Source: Eukaryota sp. GEM-RC1 (lineage: Eukaryota). From it: 64,000 bases of DNA. The stretch is from contig JAUFOQ010000005.1 of NCBI GenBank assembly GCA_040285855.1, positions 2,480,001 through 2,544,000 on the forward strand. The letters are read 5' to 3'. The translations under genes were made by a program, and so were the position numbers. The notes below the pieces were generated by a model, which searched no databases, was not told where the DNA came from, and was given only the letters and a program-made list of their open reading frames with translations. Positions within the stretch are counted from its first letter, which is position 1. Each line of letters starts with the position of its first letter. Of the stretch, positions 12,549 through 24,350 are shown piece after piece.

Positions 12549-13077
12549 ATGGTTAATAAATTAGTTATTCCACATATCCCAACAAATCATTTCCATTTAT
12601 ATGATAGAATGCTCAATTGCGAAGCATTGCAATTAGGAGAAGGAAGAAGATTAAAACACCTTGAGAAATTCTTTGAGGATTTTCCAAATGACCATTCGAT
12701 TAAATATTTGAATTTATTTCACAATGCTTCGAATATAGATACACCATTATCGCGAAGAGTAATTAAACGATTAAATGAATTAGATTTTCAGAAAATAGTA
12801 TTAAATCTCAAATTATGGAATATTGACTATAGTGAAATGATGGCATTAAATTTATTACGGGATATTAAAAAATTAAAAAGAGTATATATTACTTTTCTAA
12901 ATCCAGTTTATTAGTTGATAGGAAAGAAACAATTTTGAATATTAAAAAATAACTGAAGAAATACAACCATTTCTATCAAATCCAACATTTATTCCATCAA
13001 AAATTATATTGAAAAATATAAAAGATGAAAATAGAATAAGAGAGTATTTCCCAGGAGTGAATATTGAACAAAAATGA
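12549..13077 (+). pseudogene. Hypothetical protein, family A paralog (frameshifted)
   Basis: LQLGE, DHSIKYL, and SNPTFIPS in a downstream frame. Confidence 0.65.
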
Positions 13078-13309
13078 TTATCTATCAGATAAAATGCCAG
13101 CTATTGTGTATTACGATAATGAAGAATATGATATATCAGAATGGAGTGATGGTGATTATAAATATTATTGAATATCAAATGTATATCTAAATTCTTATTG
13201 GAGAATATCCGATTTGCGATTGCGAAATATATTATTGCGATTGTGAAGATGATGATTATGTAATTAATCTTGAATTTATTGGATAAAAAAATGATTTTAT
13301 TTTTGAAAA

Positions 13310-14033
13310 ATGGGTGGATCATTATTAAAAGGTGAACGATTGAATCAAGAACGATTTGTACAAATATCGAAAGAAGTAATTGATTTATTAACACCATATT
13401 ATCCAAGAGCTGAAGTTTCTCGTGAGTTGAAAAGCAAAATAGATTTTGGTGATGTTGATATTTTGGTAGAAGGTGAAGCAAAACCATTTCTTGAGCGATA
13501 TAAGGATGAATTAAAACCTAAAAACAATCTAAAGTTAATTATTCCTTCTTATATAAAGGGCATCAAGTTGATTTAACATTTACAGATAATTTTGATTACA
13601 TGCGAGATTTTGTTGCTTGGAATATGACTGGAAGATATTTAGGATTATTAGTCAAACCCCATTATGTGTTTTCTCATCGAGGATTAATGATAAAAATTCG
13701 CGATGAAGTTTTAATTGATGTAATTGTTTCAAAGTCTTTTCTAAAATTCTTGAAATGATGGGATTATCATATGAGAGATATCAAGAGGGATTTAATAACT
13801 ATGAAGAAGTATTTGATTGGATTAAAGAATCTCCGCAGTTTGATTCTCATTTAATTTTGAATCATAACGAAAGAAGATTAAAACATTCATGGGCAGCATT
13901 TAATGCGTTTGCTAAATCACATCATAAAATAGGAAAACCTTTGGAATCTATAGATTTAACTGAGATTAGAAAATTAGCACCAAATCATCACAAATTAATT
14001 ACTGTAGATCTTGAGGAAATTAATATGTATTAA
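13310..14033 (+). pseudogene. Pol-beta-superfamily nucleotidyltransferase-like protein, frameshifted
   Basis: MGG start, KIDFGDVDILV (GDxD) and HQVDL third Asp in a shifted frame. Confidence 0.6.
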
Positions 14034-14110
14034 TTAATTCTTGCAAATGAACTATTAATAAATAAGTATTATTTTTTTTTTATTTTAAAAAATGATTTTA
14101 TATTTCGTAA

Positions 14111-14878
14111 ATGTGGTCAAACAGATTTTTAGATTATGGTAAATTCAGATTATTTCCAGAACGTATAAGAAATGATAAAGATATTGCAAGAGATGTAATA
14201 ATTTATAAAGCTGAGAATTTGACTCATTGCACTGAATTGAAAAAGATAAGGAATTCTGCTTATGAACAATGTCACCTATTAGTATTAAATACTGTTCCGA
14301 AGACCTACAAAAGACAAAGATTTTATAACACATGTCATCATTGCAAATCCTGCTAATATTGTTCATCATGTTCCTGAAATTATTGATCGAGTATATAAGA
14401 TTGATCACAACTTTTAGATAATAAACATATATAAAAGAAAAAAGAGAAAATGGATTCAAGAATTCTCCTGATCGAGATAATGAAGAAGTTAGTATGGATC
14501 CTAATAATTTTAGATATTGTTCGACAAGATTGCAAAACAAAAAGATTTCATTAAGAGAATGGTTATTGATTTTGGAATCAAATTTGAAGATGATTTATCA
14601 TTATCAATTAGAGATGATGAAGAAATAATGCGATTAATTCTACCAAAAATAAAAGAGAATGCATTTGATGTGTTGTCTGATCGATTGAGAAATGATAAAG
14701 CGTTCATATTTGAACAACTTGTCAGTCCAAATGATTTCCAATTTTGTTCATATGGAGTTCGTAATGATGAAGAGTTTGTTAGAAAATTAATGGTTGAAAA
14801 GAATTAAGAAGAAATGATGAGTTTTGTGAATTTGCATTTGAACATGATAATAGTAATAATATAGGTTTATTGTTTTAA
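14111..14878 (+). pseudogene. DUF4116-like repeat protein, frameshifted
   Basis: PERIRNDK, SDRLRNDK, SYGVRNDEEF repeats. Confidence 0.65.
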
Positions 14879-15062
14879 AGAAAATGAAAGCTGTTATTAT
14901 TGATAAATATTTAAACATTTTCGACGTTGATTATTTGATAATCAGAGATGTAGAGAATCCTGATATAGCCAGTCGTATTTATGACTTGCGTAATCTGGAT
15001 CACGAAGTTGATTTATTGATTGTTCCACATAATATAGGAAAAAGTGATTATTTTTATTAAAA

Positions 15063-15535
15063 ATGTTATCTGCTCCTAGATTCGATTGCAACAAGCCTGA
15101 TGTTGGTCACATCTTCCAAAACCAATTAATCAATAATGTTGGTATAATGGTTGATGCAAGATTTGAAAATTGCTCCATTGATGTAGTTGATGAATTCAGT
15201 GTTTCTAATGCTATTTTCGTGAATTGTACCTTCAAAAGATTCACTCCTCGATATGTAAATACACGTGGACTTTCTATTAGATTAGACAATTGTATAGTAG
15301 AAGGACCTGTGAAATTGGAATTCGAGCTTAACTATATTGCAAATTCTGAGTTTTTCGAATTCACTGGAAATGGACAATTCAGTTCATACTTTTCGAGAAT
15401 GTAGAGAATGTAGATTTGTCCAAATTAATGTCAGTAGATAATGTTTCCTTTGTTAATTCAACAGCATTGGAAATTAGTAATGATTGGGTGTATAAGGGAA
15501 AAGTTAATGATAGGAATTTTTGGATTACTAGATAA
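15063..15535 (+). pseudogene. Hypothetical protein, possible beta-solenoid
   Basis: Upstream motif; ARFENC/AIFVNC/LDNC repeats; frameshift at about 15390; end approximate. Confidence 0.45.
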
Positions 15536-15616
15536 ATATTTGTATCAATTAGAACAACAACAACAAAACACACACACATTTTATTTTTTATTGAAAAATG
15601 ATTAATCAATCATAAA

Positions 15617-16103
15617 ATGTATTTTAATGCATATTGTGGTGATATTAATGGCAATTTATTCCCACAACAATCTTATACTGATGTTGAGAAGCTATGTAAA
15701 GTATATGCTGAATGTTTGTATTTCGAATGCGAATGTATTGTTGAAAATTTTAAAGAATCTTATTGTAAAAATGTTTCAATGATTATGAGCATCACAGTAG
15801 ATCTGATTTAACTGATAGTGAGAGTAGTGAATGTGAGGAAATATATAAATCAGAAATGCTTCAAAGAGAATATCCATTATATGATGCACATACATATAGA
15901 TATAGAATAACAAAAGATCACATGAAAGAACTTGATTACAATCTCAGAAATATAGAATCTTTGATAGATGTAAATTTTGATTGGTCTTCAGTAACATATT
16001 GGGAGAATCCTGAGAAATCCTTATATCTTAGATATTGTTGGGGAAAGGAAATTTTAAATTGTTTAAAAGAAAATGGAAAATGTACATTTTTGTGAATATC
16101 TAA
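15617..16103 (+). pseudogene. Hypothetical protein, frameshifted
   Basis: Upstream motif; two ORF fragments (64 and 79 aa) in series. Confidence 0.5.
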
Positions 16104-16125
16104 AAAATGATTTTTATTTTTTATA

Positions 16126-17398
16126 ATGGAATGTATTGTGTGTGTTTTAAAGTTTTGCAACACAAGACCAAAATTAACATGTACTTGTGGAATTGATGTG
16201 TGCAAACAATGTGTTAAACGTTATATTTCAGAACAAATTAAACCAACTTGTATGAGTTGCAATAATGAATGGACTAATATTTTCATTCATCAAAATTTAG
16301 GAAGTTTGTTTTTAAAAAGAAAGTTGAAGCAACAGATTGAATATGAATTTGAATTCGAGAAACAACGTTTACCAGATCTATTGCCCCATGTTAAGACTTT
16401 AATAGAACTTGATGAAACAAGAAGGGAACGTGGATTAACTTATGAAGCAATTAGTGTTGATCAACTTAATCGAGATGCTATTGTAGGAGATTTATTAAAT
16501 AATAATCATTCTGATGAATATTCTTTACAATTATTATGTAAATATCGAGAATTGAGAGATAAGGTAAAAAAGGATATAATAATGTTGACAGATTGGGACA
16601 AAGAATTCAAGAATTATATAGAATGAAATACGATGGAAATATTCCAACTATTAATGCACAACGACCTTGTAGTCTATGTAATGGTTTCGTGATTGATGAT
16701 GTGTGTGAAATATGCAAAGTTGAATTTTGTCCTGAATGTCTGGAAGAATTAAAAGAAGACCATGTGTGTAATAAAGAATTAGTAAAAGTGTTAAATTGAT
16801 AAAAAATCATCAAAACCTTGTCCTGGTTGTAAAGTGTCAATTCAAAAATTGATGGATGTAGCCAAATGTGGTGTATAAAATGTCATACAACCTTTAATTG
16901 GAATACAATGAATATTGTCACTAGTAATACTCACAATCCTCATTATTTTGAATATTTGAGAAATCGTAATATAACAATTCAACCAAATTGTGTTGATGTT
17001 TTTACATTATTAGATCCGCGTGAGAAATTATCTAATACTTTAAGAAGAGTGGAACAATTAATTCGACATAAAATAGGAATTCCAACAAATGTGATTGATA
17101 GTGCCAAGATTGAATATTTAAAGAATGAAATTACTTTGGATGAATTAAAAAAATATTTGTTGAAAATAGATTAATTATCTTATTATGGACAGAAATTCAA
17201 ACTCTATGGAATTTAACATTGGATTTGTTTCACCATGAAGTGTCAGCAGCTAATGAATTAGGCATGAAGATTGAAAAATATTCATCGCAATGTATTAACA
17301 TTATTGCATTGTTTAATGAAGAATTAGCTGCAATTTCTTATAGATTTAATAAACGTTCTCCATTTGTTTTGCGTTGGGATACATCAACTATCGTATAA
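16126..17398 (+). pseudogene. RBR (RING-IBR-RING2)/Ariadne-like E3 ligase, copy 1, frameshifted
   Basis: CIVC..CTC..CKQC..CMSC; PCSLC..CEIC..CPEC..HVC; KPCPGC..DGCSQMWCIKCHT..HNPHY. Confidence 0.85.
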
Positions 17399-17419
17399 AA
17401 ATGATTTTTATTTTTTGAA

Positions 17420-18704
17420 ATGGAATGTATTGTATGTGTTTTAAAATTTACAAAAACTCGAACAAAAATCACATGTCCTTGTGGAGTTGGTATTTGTATT
17501 CAATGTGTTAAAAAATTTGCAAACGAACAAATAAAAATAAGCTGTATGAGTTGTAAAAATGAATGGACTGATGTTTTTATTGAACAACATTTTGGTAGTT
17601 TATTTTTGAGAAATCAAATAAAGAAACAAATCGAACATGAATTTGAGTTTGAGAAACAACGATTGCCTGATTTATTACCTTTAGTTAATGCCAAACTTGA
17701 AAAATCTCGAGTTACAGAAGAATTACAGAATACGTATAGATTACTTAGTCGTTTAGAAGCAGAAATAAGATCGCTAAATGGAGATGTTATAGATCCTAAA
17801 ATTCCTATAAACGAAAAAATTGAAAAATTATATAAATGCGAAGACAATAGAAAAAGTGTAAAGACTACTAAACAAGAAATCATGACACTTGCTATAAAAC
17901 AATCAGGACTTCAAGATAAAATATATGCAATGAAAGGAATTGCGCCAAAAGTAATTGATGCTCAAAAACCTTGCAATCATTGTAATGGATTTATCGTCAA
18001 TAATGAATGTATGATATGTAATCGAAAATATTGCAATAATTGTTGGGAATTGTATATGGAAAATCATGAATGCAAACCTGAAAATGTTGAAAGTGTTAAA
18101 TTGATAAAAAAATCAACAAAACCTTGTCCAAGTTGTTTAGTTCCCATTCATAAGATTGATGGATGTTCTCAAATGTGGTGTACTAAATGTCATACAACAT
18201 TTGAATGGAATACTATGGAAATCGTAGTTGAAATGATTCATAATCCTCATTATTTTGAATACATGAGAAATAACAACATCGTCATCGACAATTGTATAAA
18301 TCCATTAGATCGAAATGAAATTGATGACAGATTTATGTTACGATCAATTAATGATAATATTGCTCATCATCTTGGATCTTCTAGAAATAATATAGAAAAT
18401 GCAAAAATTAGATATTTGATGAATGCAATGTGTCTTGATAATTTAAAAGAACTTTATTTTAAGAATTCTTTTAAAATCAAGATTTGGACAGAAATTAGAG
18501 ATTTGTGGAATATTACTTTGGAAATTATATTTCACGCAATTCTGGAACTAAAAATTGAAAAGATATTAGAAAAAGACGTATTCAAATTGGGAAAGGAATC
18601 GATTTATTTAACGATGAATTGAAAAACTTTCTTCAAGATTTAATAAACAAAGACCTTTTAAATGTGTAAGAAAGCATAATGAATATGAAATTAAACAAGT
18701 ATAA
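17420..18704 (+). CDS. RBR/Ariadne-like E3 ligase, copy 2 (tandem paralog; C-terminal frameshifts)
   Basis: 400-aa ORF with the same three Cys/His modules, including KIDGCSQMWC. Confidence 0.9.
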
Positions 18705-18729
18705 AAAAAAATGATTTTTATTTTTGAAA

Positions 18730-19649
18730 ATGATAATATCAGGATCATCTTTTTACGATTTAGGATTTCAATACGGAAGACTGATGGAAAAAGAAATTAA
18801 AAAGTATACTCTTTAGTAAAACCTTTTAACGTAATTGATGGGTACTACGAATCATTAACTCCTTATAACCAAGATTTATGGAAGGGTGCAGCTGATGGAA
18901 GTGGATTAGATTTAGAAGATGTTAAAACATTGAATGCTATCGAGGCGATTCTTCCTCACCAAGGCAAATGTTCATCCATTGCTGTTTGGGGAGAATTATC
19001 TGAATCCGGCAAAGTCATCTTTGGACGGAATTACGATTATCATGAGGCTTTTTTCGAAATAAATGATTGTCTGATTCAAACAACATTCGTCATTAACGGA
19101 ATGAGTTTTACTACTTTTGGCTGGGCTGGATGTTTATATGCTACTACGGGATGTAATTCTCATGGATTGTTTGTCGAATTAAATGATACAACCTGGCATG
19201 ATTTAGAAATGACCAAATTAGGTCATGAAAGTACACCTCGAATGGATTACAATTTATTACCATTATTAGTGGAATCTAAAACAATAGAAGAAGGGGAGAG
19301 ATGGCTATTAGAAAATCTACCAAACTTTCCTTATTTAATAGGATTAGCAAATGAAAGAGAAGCCAGATGTTATTTGTGGAATCGAAAAGAACGAATCCCA
19401 CATATTCCATTTATTCAAGGATATGACAATATAGTGTTTGCTAATCATTGATTCAATGATCCATGGGATTTGTCAGAATATGAAGACCATTTAGATAGTA
19501 TTCCTCGAATGAATTATCTCCAAGATAATGTTCAGAGAATGAATTTCGATGAAATGATTGATTTGATAAAATCATCAAGAGTATATCATACTGTTTATCA
19601 AATTATATGGGAACATCCTAATTTTGTATTTATTCCAATTAAAAAATAA
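18730..19649 (+). pseudogene. Peptidase C45 / Ntn-hydrolase (acyl-CoA:6-APA acyltransferase family), frameshifted
   Basis: GFQYG, GKCSSIAVWG (nucleophile Cys), GRNYDY, TGCNSHGL..ELN, ANH. Confidence 0.8.
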
Positions 19650-19657
19650 ATATTTTT

Positions 19658-19816
19658 TTATTTTTTTGGTTGAAGTAGTTTCCAATAATCATCATCAATT
19701 GAATTTGTCAAGATGTCAGATAAAGGGGGAGGATAAAAATCTATTGATGGTAGATTATCTAAAAAATCAAACATTGGACCATTAAAATCTATCGAATCAT
19801 TATCAGAATCTGTCAT
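19658..19816 (-). CDS. 52-aa acidic microprotein, family B
   Basis: MTDSDNDSIDFNGPMFDFLDNLPSIDFYPPPLSDILTNSIDDDYWKLLQPKK; paralog at 21314-21454. Confidence 0.65.
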   Translation of the reverse strand: MTDSDNDSIDFNGPMFDFLDNLPSIDFYPPPLSDILTNSIDDDYWKLLQPKK

Positions 19817-19831
19817 TTGTTATTAGAAGTT

Positions 19832-20275
19832 TTAACGTACATTAATAATTAATTCCAATTTCTTTTTTTCTGGATAGATTCGATATATTTCTTTAATTAA
19901 AGTTATATACACTTCATTCAATAAACCTTCGGGGATTATGATATCAATTTTTCTAATTCAAAAAGTCCAATCACAGCATGAGGAAGTTTGAATAAACTTG
20001 CTATCTCTTCACATATCATAAATGTAGTAGAATTTTTCGCATCATGAAATCTACTTATAATACATCTTTCACATACATCATTTGGAGTCATGGATGCAAT
20101 GTAAATTTTTGTATTCTTCATACCTAGGATGCACTTCGTATATGTTTTTCACTGCAATCATGAATTGATCAGAAACATCGTGAGAATCTAGATTTTCGCA
20201 TTTTTCCAAAATTGAATCAACTTCAGTTAATCTAAAAAGTTTACATAACGTTGTTGTCAATTTTTTATTGAACAT
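19832..20275 (-). pseudogene. Hypothetical protein, frameshifted
   Basis: Consecutive minus-strand ORF fragments (65 and 61 aa); end approximate. Confidence 0.45.
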
Positions 20276-20341
20276 TTATCAATCTGATTTATATGATTTG
20301 TAAAAAATATTATTGCAAAAAATGATTTGTAGTTTGTTCAA

Positions 20342-21311
20342 ATGGAAGCTCAAGTTGGATATTTTTTCTCTGAGAAACCTATTGCTGCTTTTGATTTCGA
20401 TGGAACTATTGTTAAAACCAAATCAGGAGAAAATTTTGCTAAATCTAAAACAGATTGGGTCTATGCTTTTTCTGATGTGAAACAAGTTTTAACCAAATTA
20501 TCAGAAACTCACGAATTAGTTATTTTCACTAATCAAACAATACAATTTAAACGAGACATGATTAAAGATGTTATAAAAGATTTAAAGCTCCCAATTAATT
20601 TTTATATTGGCTGGAAAAGGAATACAAGAAGCCATCAGATTCTTTATTCAAGTTAGCTTTCAATGAAACAGTCACTGGTTTCTTTGTTGGTGATGCTGCT
20701 GGAAGAGAAGGTGATCATTCTGATTCTGATAAAGTATTTGCTGAAACTATTGGATTAGAATTTAAGGTACCAGAAGATATTTTCAGTGATCAAGTTGAAG
20801 AAGTAATAAAGATAAAGAAGACTAAAAAGACAGAAATGATGGAACCTATTGAATCTTTCAATGAGAGTCTTCAAAACTTTTATAAAAGGTTAACCTTTAG
20901 CGATACACAAGAAATTATCTTATTAGTTGGACCACAAGCAAGTGGAAAGACAACTCTATCCAAAATGATTGATAACTATGTTTGTTTACATGGAGATGAT
21001 GAAGAGAATAAAACATCTGGAAGAATCAAGAAAAATATTAAAAAGTATTTAGAAGAAGGAAAATCCATCATTGTAGACCGAACCAATTTAAACAAGAAAA
21101 ATAGAGAAGAAATAATGAAAGTCAGTGGTGATGTTCCGGTTAGAATTTTCTATTTGAATGTTCCAATTGAGATTTGTAAATATAGAAATAGTCAACGAGC
21201 AATAGAAGTAAAAGTTCCACCTATTGCCCTATCAAGTTACAAAAATATTTCCAAGAACCAGTATTGGATGAATTCGAAAAGAATTACACTGAAATCATTA
21301 CAATGAATTAA
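20342..21311 (+). pseudogene. PNKP: Bifunctional polynucleotide 3'-phosphatase/5'-kinase (PNKP), frameshifted
   Basis: HAD motif AAFDFDGTIVKTKSG, IFTNQ, FVGDAAGR..HSDSD; P-loop GPQASGKTT, IVDRTN. Confidence 0.9.
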
Positions 21312-21313
21312 AT

Positions 21314-21454
21314 TTACTTTTTCGGTGGAAGTGGTTTCCAATAATCATCACCAATTGCATTTGTCAATATGTCATATAAAGGTGGAGGATAAAAATCTAT
21401 TGGCATCAGATTATCTACAAAATCATATATCGAATCATTATCAGAATCTACCAT
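21314..21454 (-). CDS. 46-aa acidic microprotein, family B
   Basis: MVDSDNDSIYDFVDNLMPIDFYPPPLYDILTNAIGDDYWKPLPPKK; differs from its paralog by an in-frame 6-codon indel. Confidence 0.65.
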   Translation of the reverse strand: MVDSDNDSIYDFVDNLMPIDFYPPPLYDILTNAIGDDYWKPLPPKK

Positions 21455-21508
21455 TTTTTGGAAATAAATATAGTTTATTTATTAATCTGATTTTTTTTTG
21501 TCTGTGAA

Positions 21509-22474
21509 ATGAAGGTTGGAAAGTTTTCATTATACAAAACAATAGATGGAAAGAGCTTTTCTCAATATCGAACTAATCTTCTAATCCCATTTTTAAATGG
21601 AGTTGGGATAACAGATTTCAGTGGAATCTTGACTCATGGAGAATTCATAGCAAGAGACGTTAATATTGGTAAAATTACATTGAAAAGAAAGAATTTACAA
21701 AAATTATATGATTCAGCAAGGATATTTGTGGGATTTGATAAAAATTTATACATTAGATTAATAAAGAGCAACATACAAGAACAAGACACAAGATACGTTC
21801 CAGAATTGAATATTAATTTAGGAACATTAGGATCAGCGGTCTTACATTCACAAGAGGTGACATTTTTCGTAGAACAACATTTAAAAGATGGTCTTGCTTT
21901 GAATAAAATTAGAAATGGAGTTTTAAAAGATTCGACCACACTGCTTTCAATTCCCGGATTCATTCTTGGATATGGAGAAATAGCTGAAAAGAATAGGAAA
22001 TTATCAAAATTCGAACTTGAATCCAGAATGTTATTAATGTGGAAATTAATTTTCAAGGGTGCAATATATCATAGATGTGTTAACCTATGCATTCCTCCAA
22101 TTGGCATGGGAGTATTTTCAAATAATTCAGAAGAAATAGCTTTAATGTATATTCACACTTTAAGAGCAACCATGAAAAGATACAATCTTAGGATATATTT
22201 CAATGCGGGTAATTTTAATCATTTGGTTGAAGAAAGGATAAAAGTGGATTGTGATGTAATATTCTTAGCAATGAAGCTTTCTAAATCAGAAAAAACAGCA
22301 TTAGTTAATCCATCAGATGTTGATGTGGTGTGGGGAGTTCGTGATATTGGGCAATATTGGAAAGAAGGAGATTATGCAATGGAAGAACACATTGCTTGTA
22401 CATCTACTGCTATAATTGGATCGAGGGAAATTAATGATGTTTATAGAAATAGAGCAAAGATTATTAGAGTATAA
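21509..22474 (+). CDS. Hypothetical protein, candidate macrodomain-type ADP-ribose hydrolase
   Basis: Intact 321 aa; LCIPPIGMGVF diphosphate-loop-like motif, later ALVNPSD...GQYWKEGDYAMEEHIACTST. Confidence 0.5.
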   Translation: MKVGKFSLYKTIDGKSFSQYRTNLLIPFLNGVGITDFSGILTHGEFIARDVNIGKITLKRKNLQKLYDSARIFVGFDKNLYIRLIKSNIQEQDTRYVPELNINLGTLGSAVLHSQEVTFFVEQHLKDGLALNKIRNGVLKDSTTLLSIPGFILGYGEIAEKNRKLSKFELESRMLLMWKLIFKGAIYHRCVNLCIPPIGMGVFSNNSEEIALMYIHTLRATMKRYNLRIYFNAGNFNHLVEERIKVDCDVIFLAMKLSKSEKTALVNPSDVDVVWGVRDIGQYWKEGDYAMEEHIACTSTAIIGSREINDVYRNRAKIIRV

Positions 22475-22476
22475 AA

Positions 22477-23118
22477 ATGAGCTGTTTACTTGTTGTTGAT
22501 TTTCAAAATGATTTTTGCCAAGGAGGTCCTCTTGCAATCAAGGGAACTCATATTGGACGAAATTCCATAATTAATGAAGTTAATGATGCACTATCATTCA
22601 AATTCATTCAAAAATTAGATTTTGATATGATTGCATTCACTCTTGATTGGCATCCTCCAAATCATATATCATTTGCATCCACTCATGGAAAACAACCTTT
22701 TGAAGAAATTGATGTTCCTTATGGAAAGCAAATAATGTGGCCAGACCATTGTGTACAAAACACAGAAGGTTCTAAATTGCACAAAGGAATAGGAATTCCC
22801 AGAGATGCTCATTTTGTCTATAAAGGAACGAAGATTGATGTTAATTCTTATAGTGCATTTTTCGATGCAAATAGAGAAGATACTGGATTAGATAAGCTTT
22901 TAAAAGATAACGATATTAGAACAGTTTATATCTGCGGTCTTGCCTTGGATGTTTGTGTCAAATACACAGCAATTGACTGTGCTTCTCTTGGATATTCTAC
23001 CTATGTTCTCAAAAGAGCTTGTGGTGCCGTTTATCCTGAAAACAATGAACAAACTTTAAATGAATTAGAAAAACACAAAATATCTTGTATTGAATCTATG
23101 CCTAATAGGATTGTATAA
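22477..23118 (+). CDS. pncA: Nicotinamidase/pyrazinamidase
   Basis: Intact; VVDFQNDF, LDWHPPNHISF, WPDHCVQ, YKG, YSAF, GLALDVCV (D-K-C triad and metal ligands). Confidence 0.95.
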   Translation: MSCLLVVDFQNDFCQGGPLAIKGTHIGRNSIINEVNDALSFKFIQKLDFDMIAFTLDWHPPNHISFASTHGKQPFEEIDVPYGKQIMWPDHCVQNTEGSKLHKGIGIPRDAHFVYKGTKIDVNSYSAFFDANREDTGLDKLLKDNDIRTVYICGLALDVCVKYTAIDCASLGYSTYVLKRACGAVYPENNEQTLNELEKHKISCIESMPNRIV

Positions 23119-23138
23119 AATGATTTTATTTTTTAAAA

Positions 23139-23420
23139 ATGGGTTACGCTTATAGACGTTGGGCAAAACGCGAAGATTACGAATTATTACAACGTCTTCG
23201 TAGTAAAACAATTAAAGAACTATCCAAGGAATTTCAAAGAACTCCAAATGCAGTGAAACTTCGAATCAAGAAAGTATTAAAATGTGACTCATATTTGAAT
23301 AACGGTGGTCATGAATTTATTGATAATGCGGTTGAAATGTTTAAGGATGAAATTATCAAGCTTCTCAAAGATCCATCTACTAAAAATATTGTTGTAGAAA
23401 TTAAGAAGAGTGTTTCATAA
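23139..23420 (+). CDS. Small Myb/HTH-like protein
   Basis: AYRRWAKREDYELL...ELSKEFQRTPNAVKLRI; paralog of 6693-6977. Confidence 0.65.
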   Translation: MGYAYRRWAKREDYELLQRLRSKTIKELSKEFQRTPNAVKLRIKKVLKCDSYLNNGGHEFIDNAVEMFKDEIIKLLKDPSTKNIVVEIKKSVS

Positions 23421-23460
23421 GTTATAATACATCAAAAAAATGATTATTTTTTTGTAGAAA

Positions 23461-23990
23461 ATGCAAGCTACCGATATTGTTCCTGATGTTCCTGAGACTG
23501 ATGAAGAAGAGCAGACACTTCAAGATGTTACTGTTTCTAGTAATGATGGATGTGAATTTGTTATATCTAGAAAAGTTGTAGAAGAATCTGAAACAATCAA
23601 GCGTCTCACTAATGCAAGTCCTAATGAAATTATTTATTTAACAGAAGTTAATGGAGAAAATCTTGAGAAATCTATTAAATGGATGGAATGGTCTTGTGAT
23701 ATGAATGAAAAGAAGCAAAGAATGAATATATTCCACTTGCTATCAAGGAATCATTTAAAGATGAATTTGTTGAAGTAGAAATCCACAAACTTGGTGATTT
23801 ATTGAAAGCCGCACATTATCTTGGAATTGATTCTATGAAAGACGCATGTGCAAAGAGATTTGCAGAACATTTAGAAAAAATGCCGGTAGATGAGATGCGA
23901 GAATTATTTGGAGAACCTGATGATTTATCACCAGAGAAGAAGAAAGAGTTTGAAGAAGATTATAGTAAGCTTATGAATAATAATCAATAA
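23461..23990 (+). CDS. SKP1: Skp1-like protein (one frameshift at about 23715)
   Basis: VSSNDGCEFVISRKVVEESETIKRL, LTEVNGENLEK, KAAHYLGI, EMRELFGEPDDLSPE. Confidence 0.9.
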
Positions 23991-24008
23991 AATGATTTTT
24001 TTTTGAAA

Positions 24009-24224
24009 ATGGGTTGTTGCTGTGATTCATGTTGCTATCCTTGTCTTCCATGTCATGATGAAAAATTTGAAGATATTGAAATGTGTCCACTCATGTGCAA
24101 ATTCTGTTGTTGGTTTATTGGTGCATTTACTATATTTATTATAGTATTAATTATCAATCCTCCTACTTATTATTATGATGATTGTCTACATGAAAATGTT
24201 CCTGAAAAAAATTATACCGGATAA
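24009..24224 (+). CDS. Small Cys-rich single-pass membrane protein
   Basis: MGCCCDSCCYPC..., hydrophobic WFIGAFTIFIIVLII; upstream motif. Confidence 0.6.
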   Translation: MGCCCDSCCYPCLPCHDEKFEDIEMCPLMCKFCCWFIGAFTIFIIVLIINPPTYYYDDCLHENVPEKNYTG

Positions 24225-24350
24225 TACTATACCGGATAACTAATTCTCAATTAGAAACAAGTGAAAAGATTATCATTGTAGATGTTAGTGATGTGTTTTA
24301 ATCAGCAATTGAAAAGATTTTAAAATAAAAATGATTTTATTTTTATAAAA

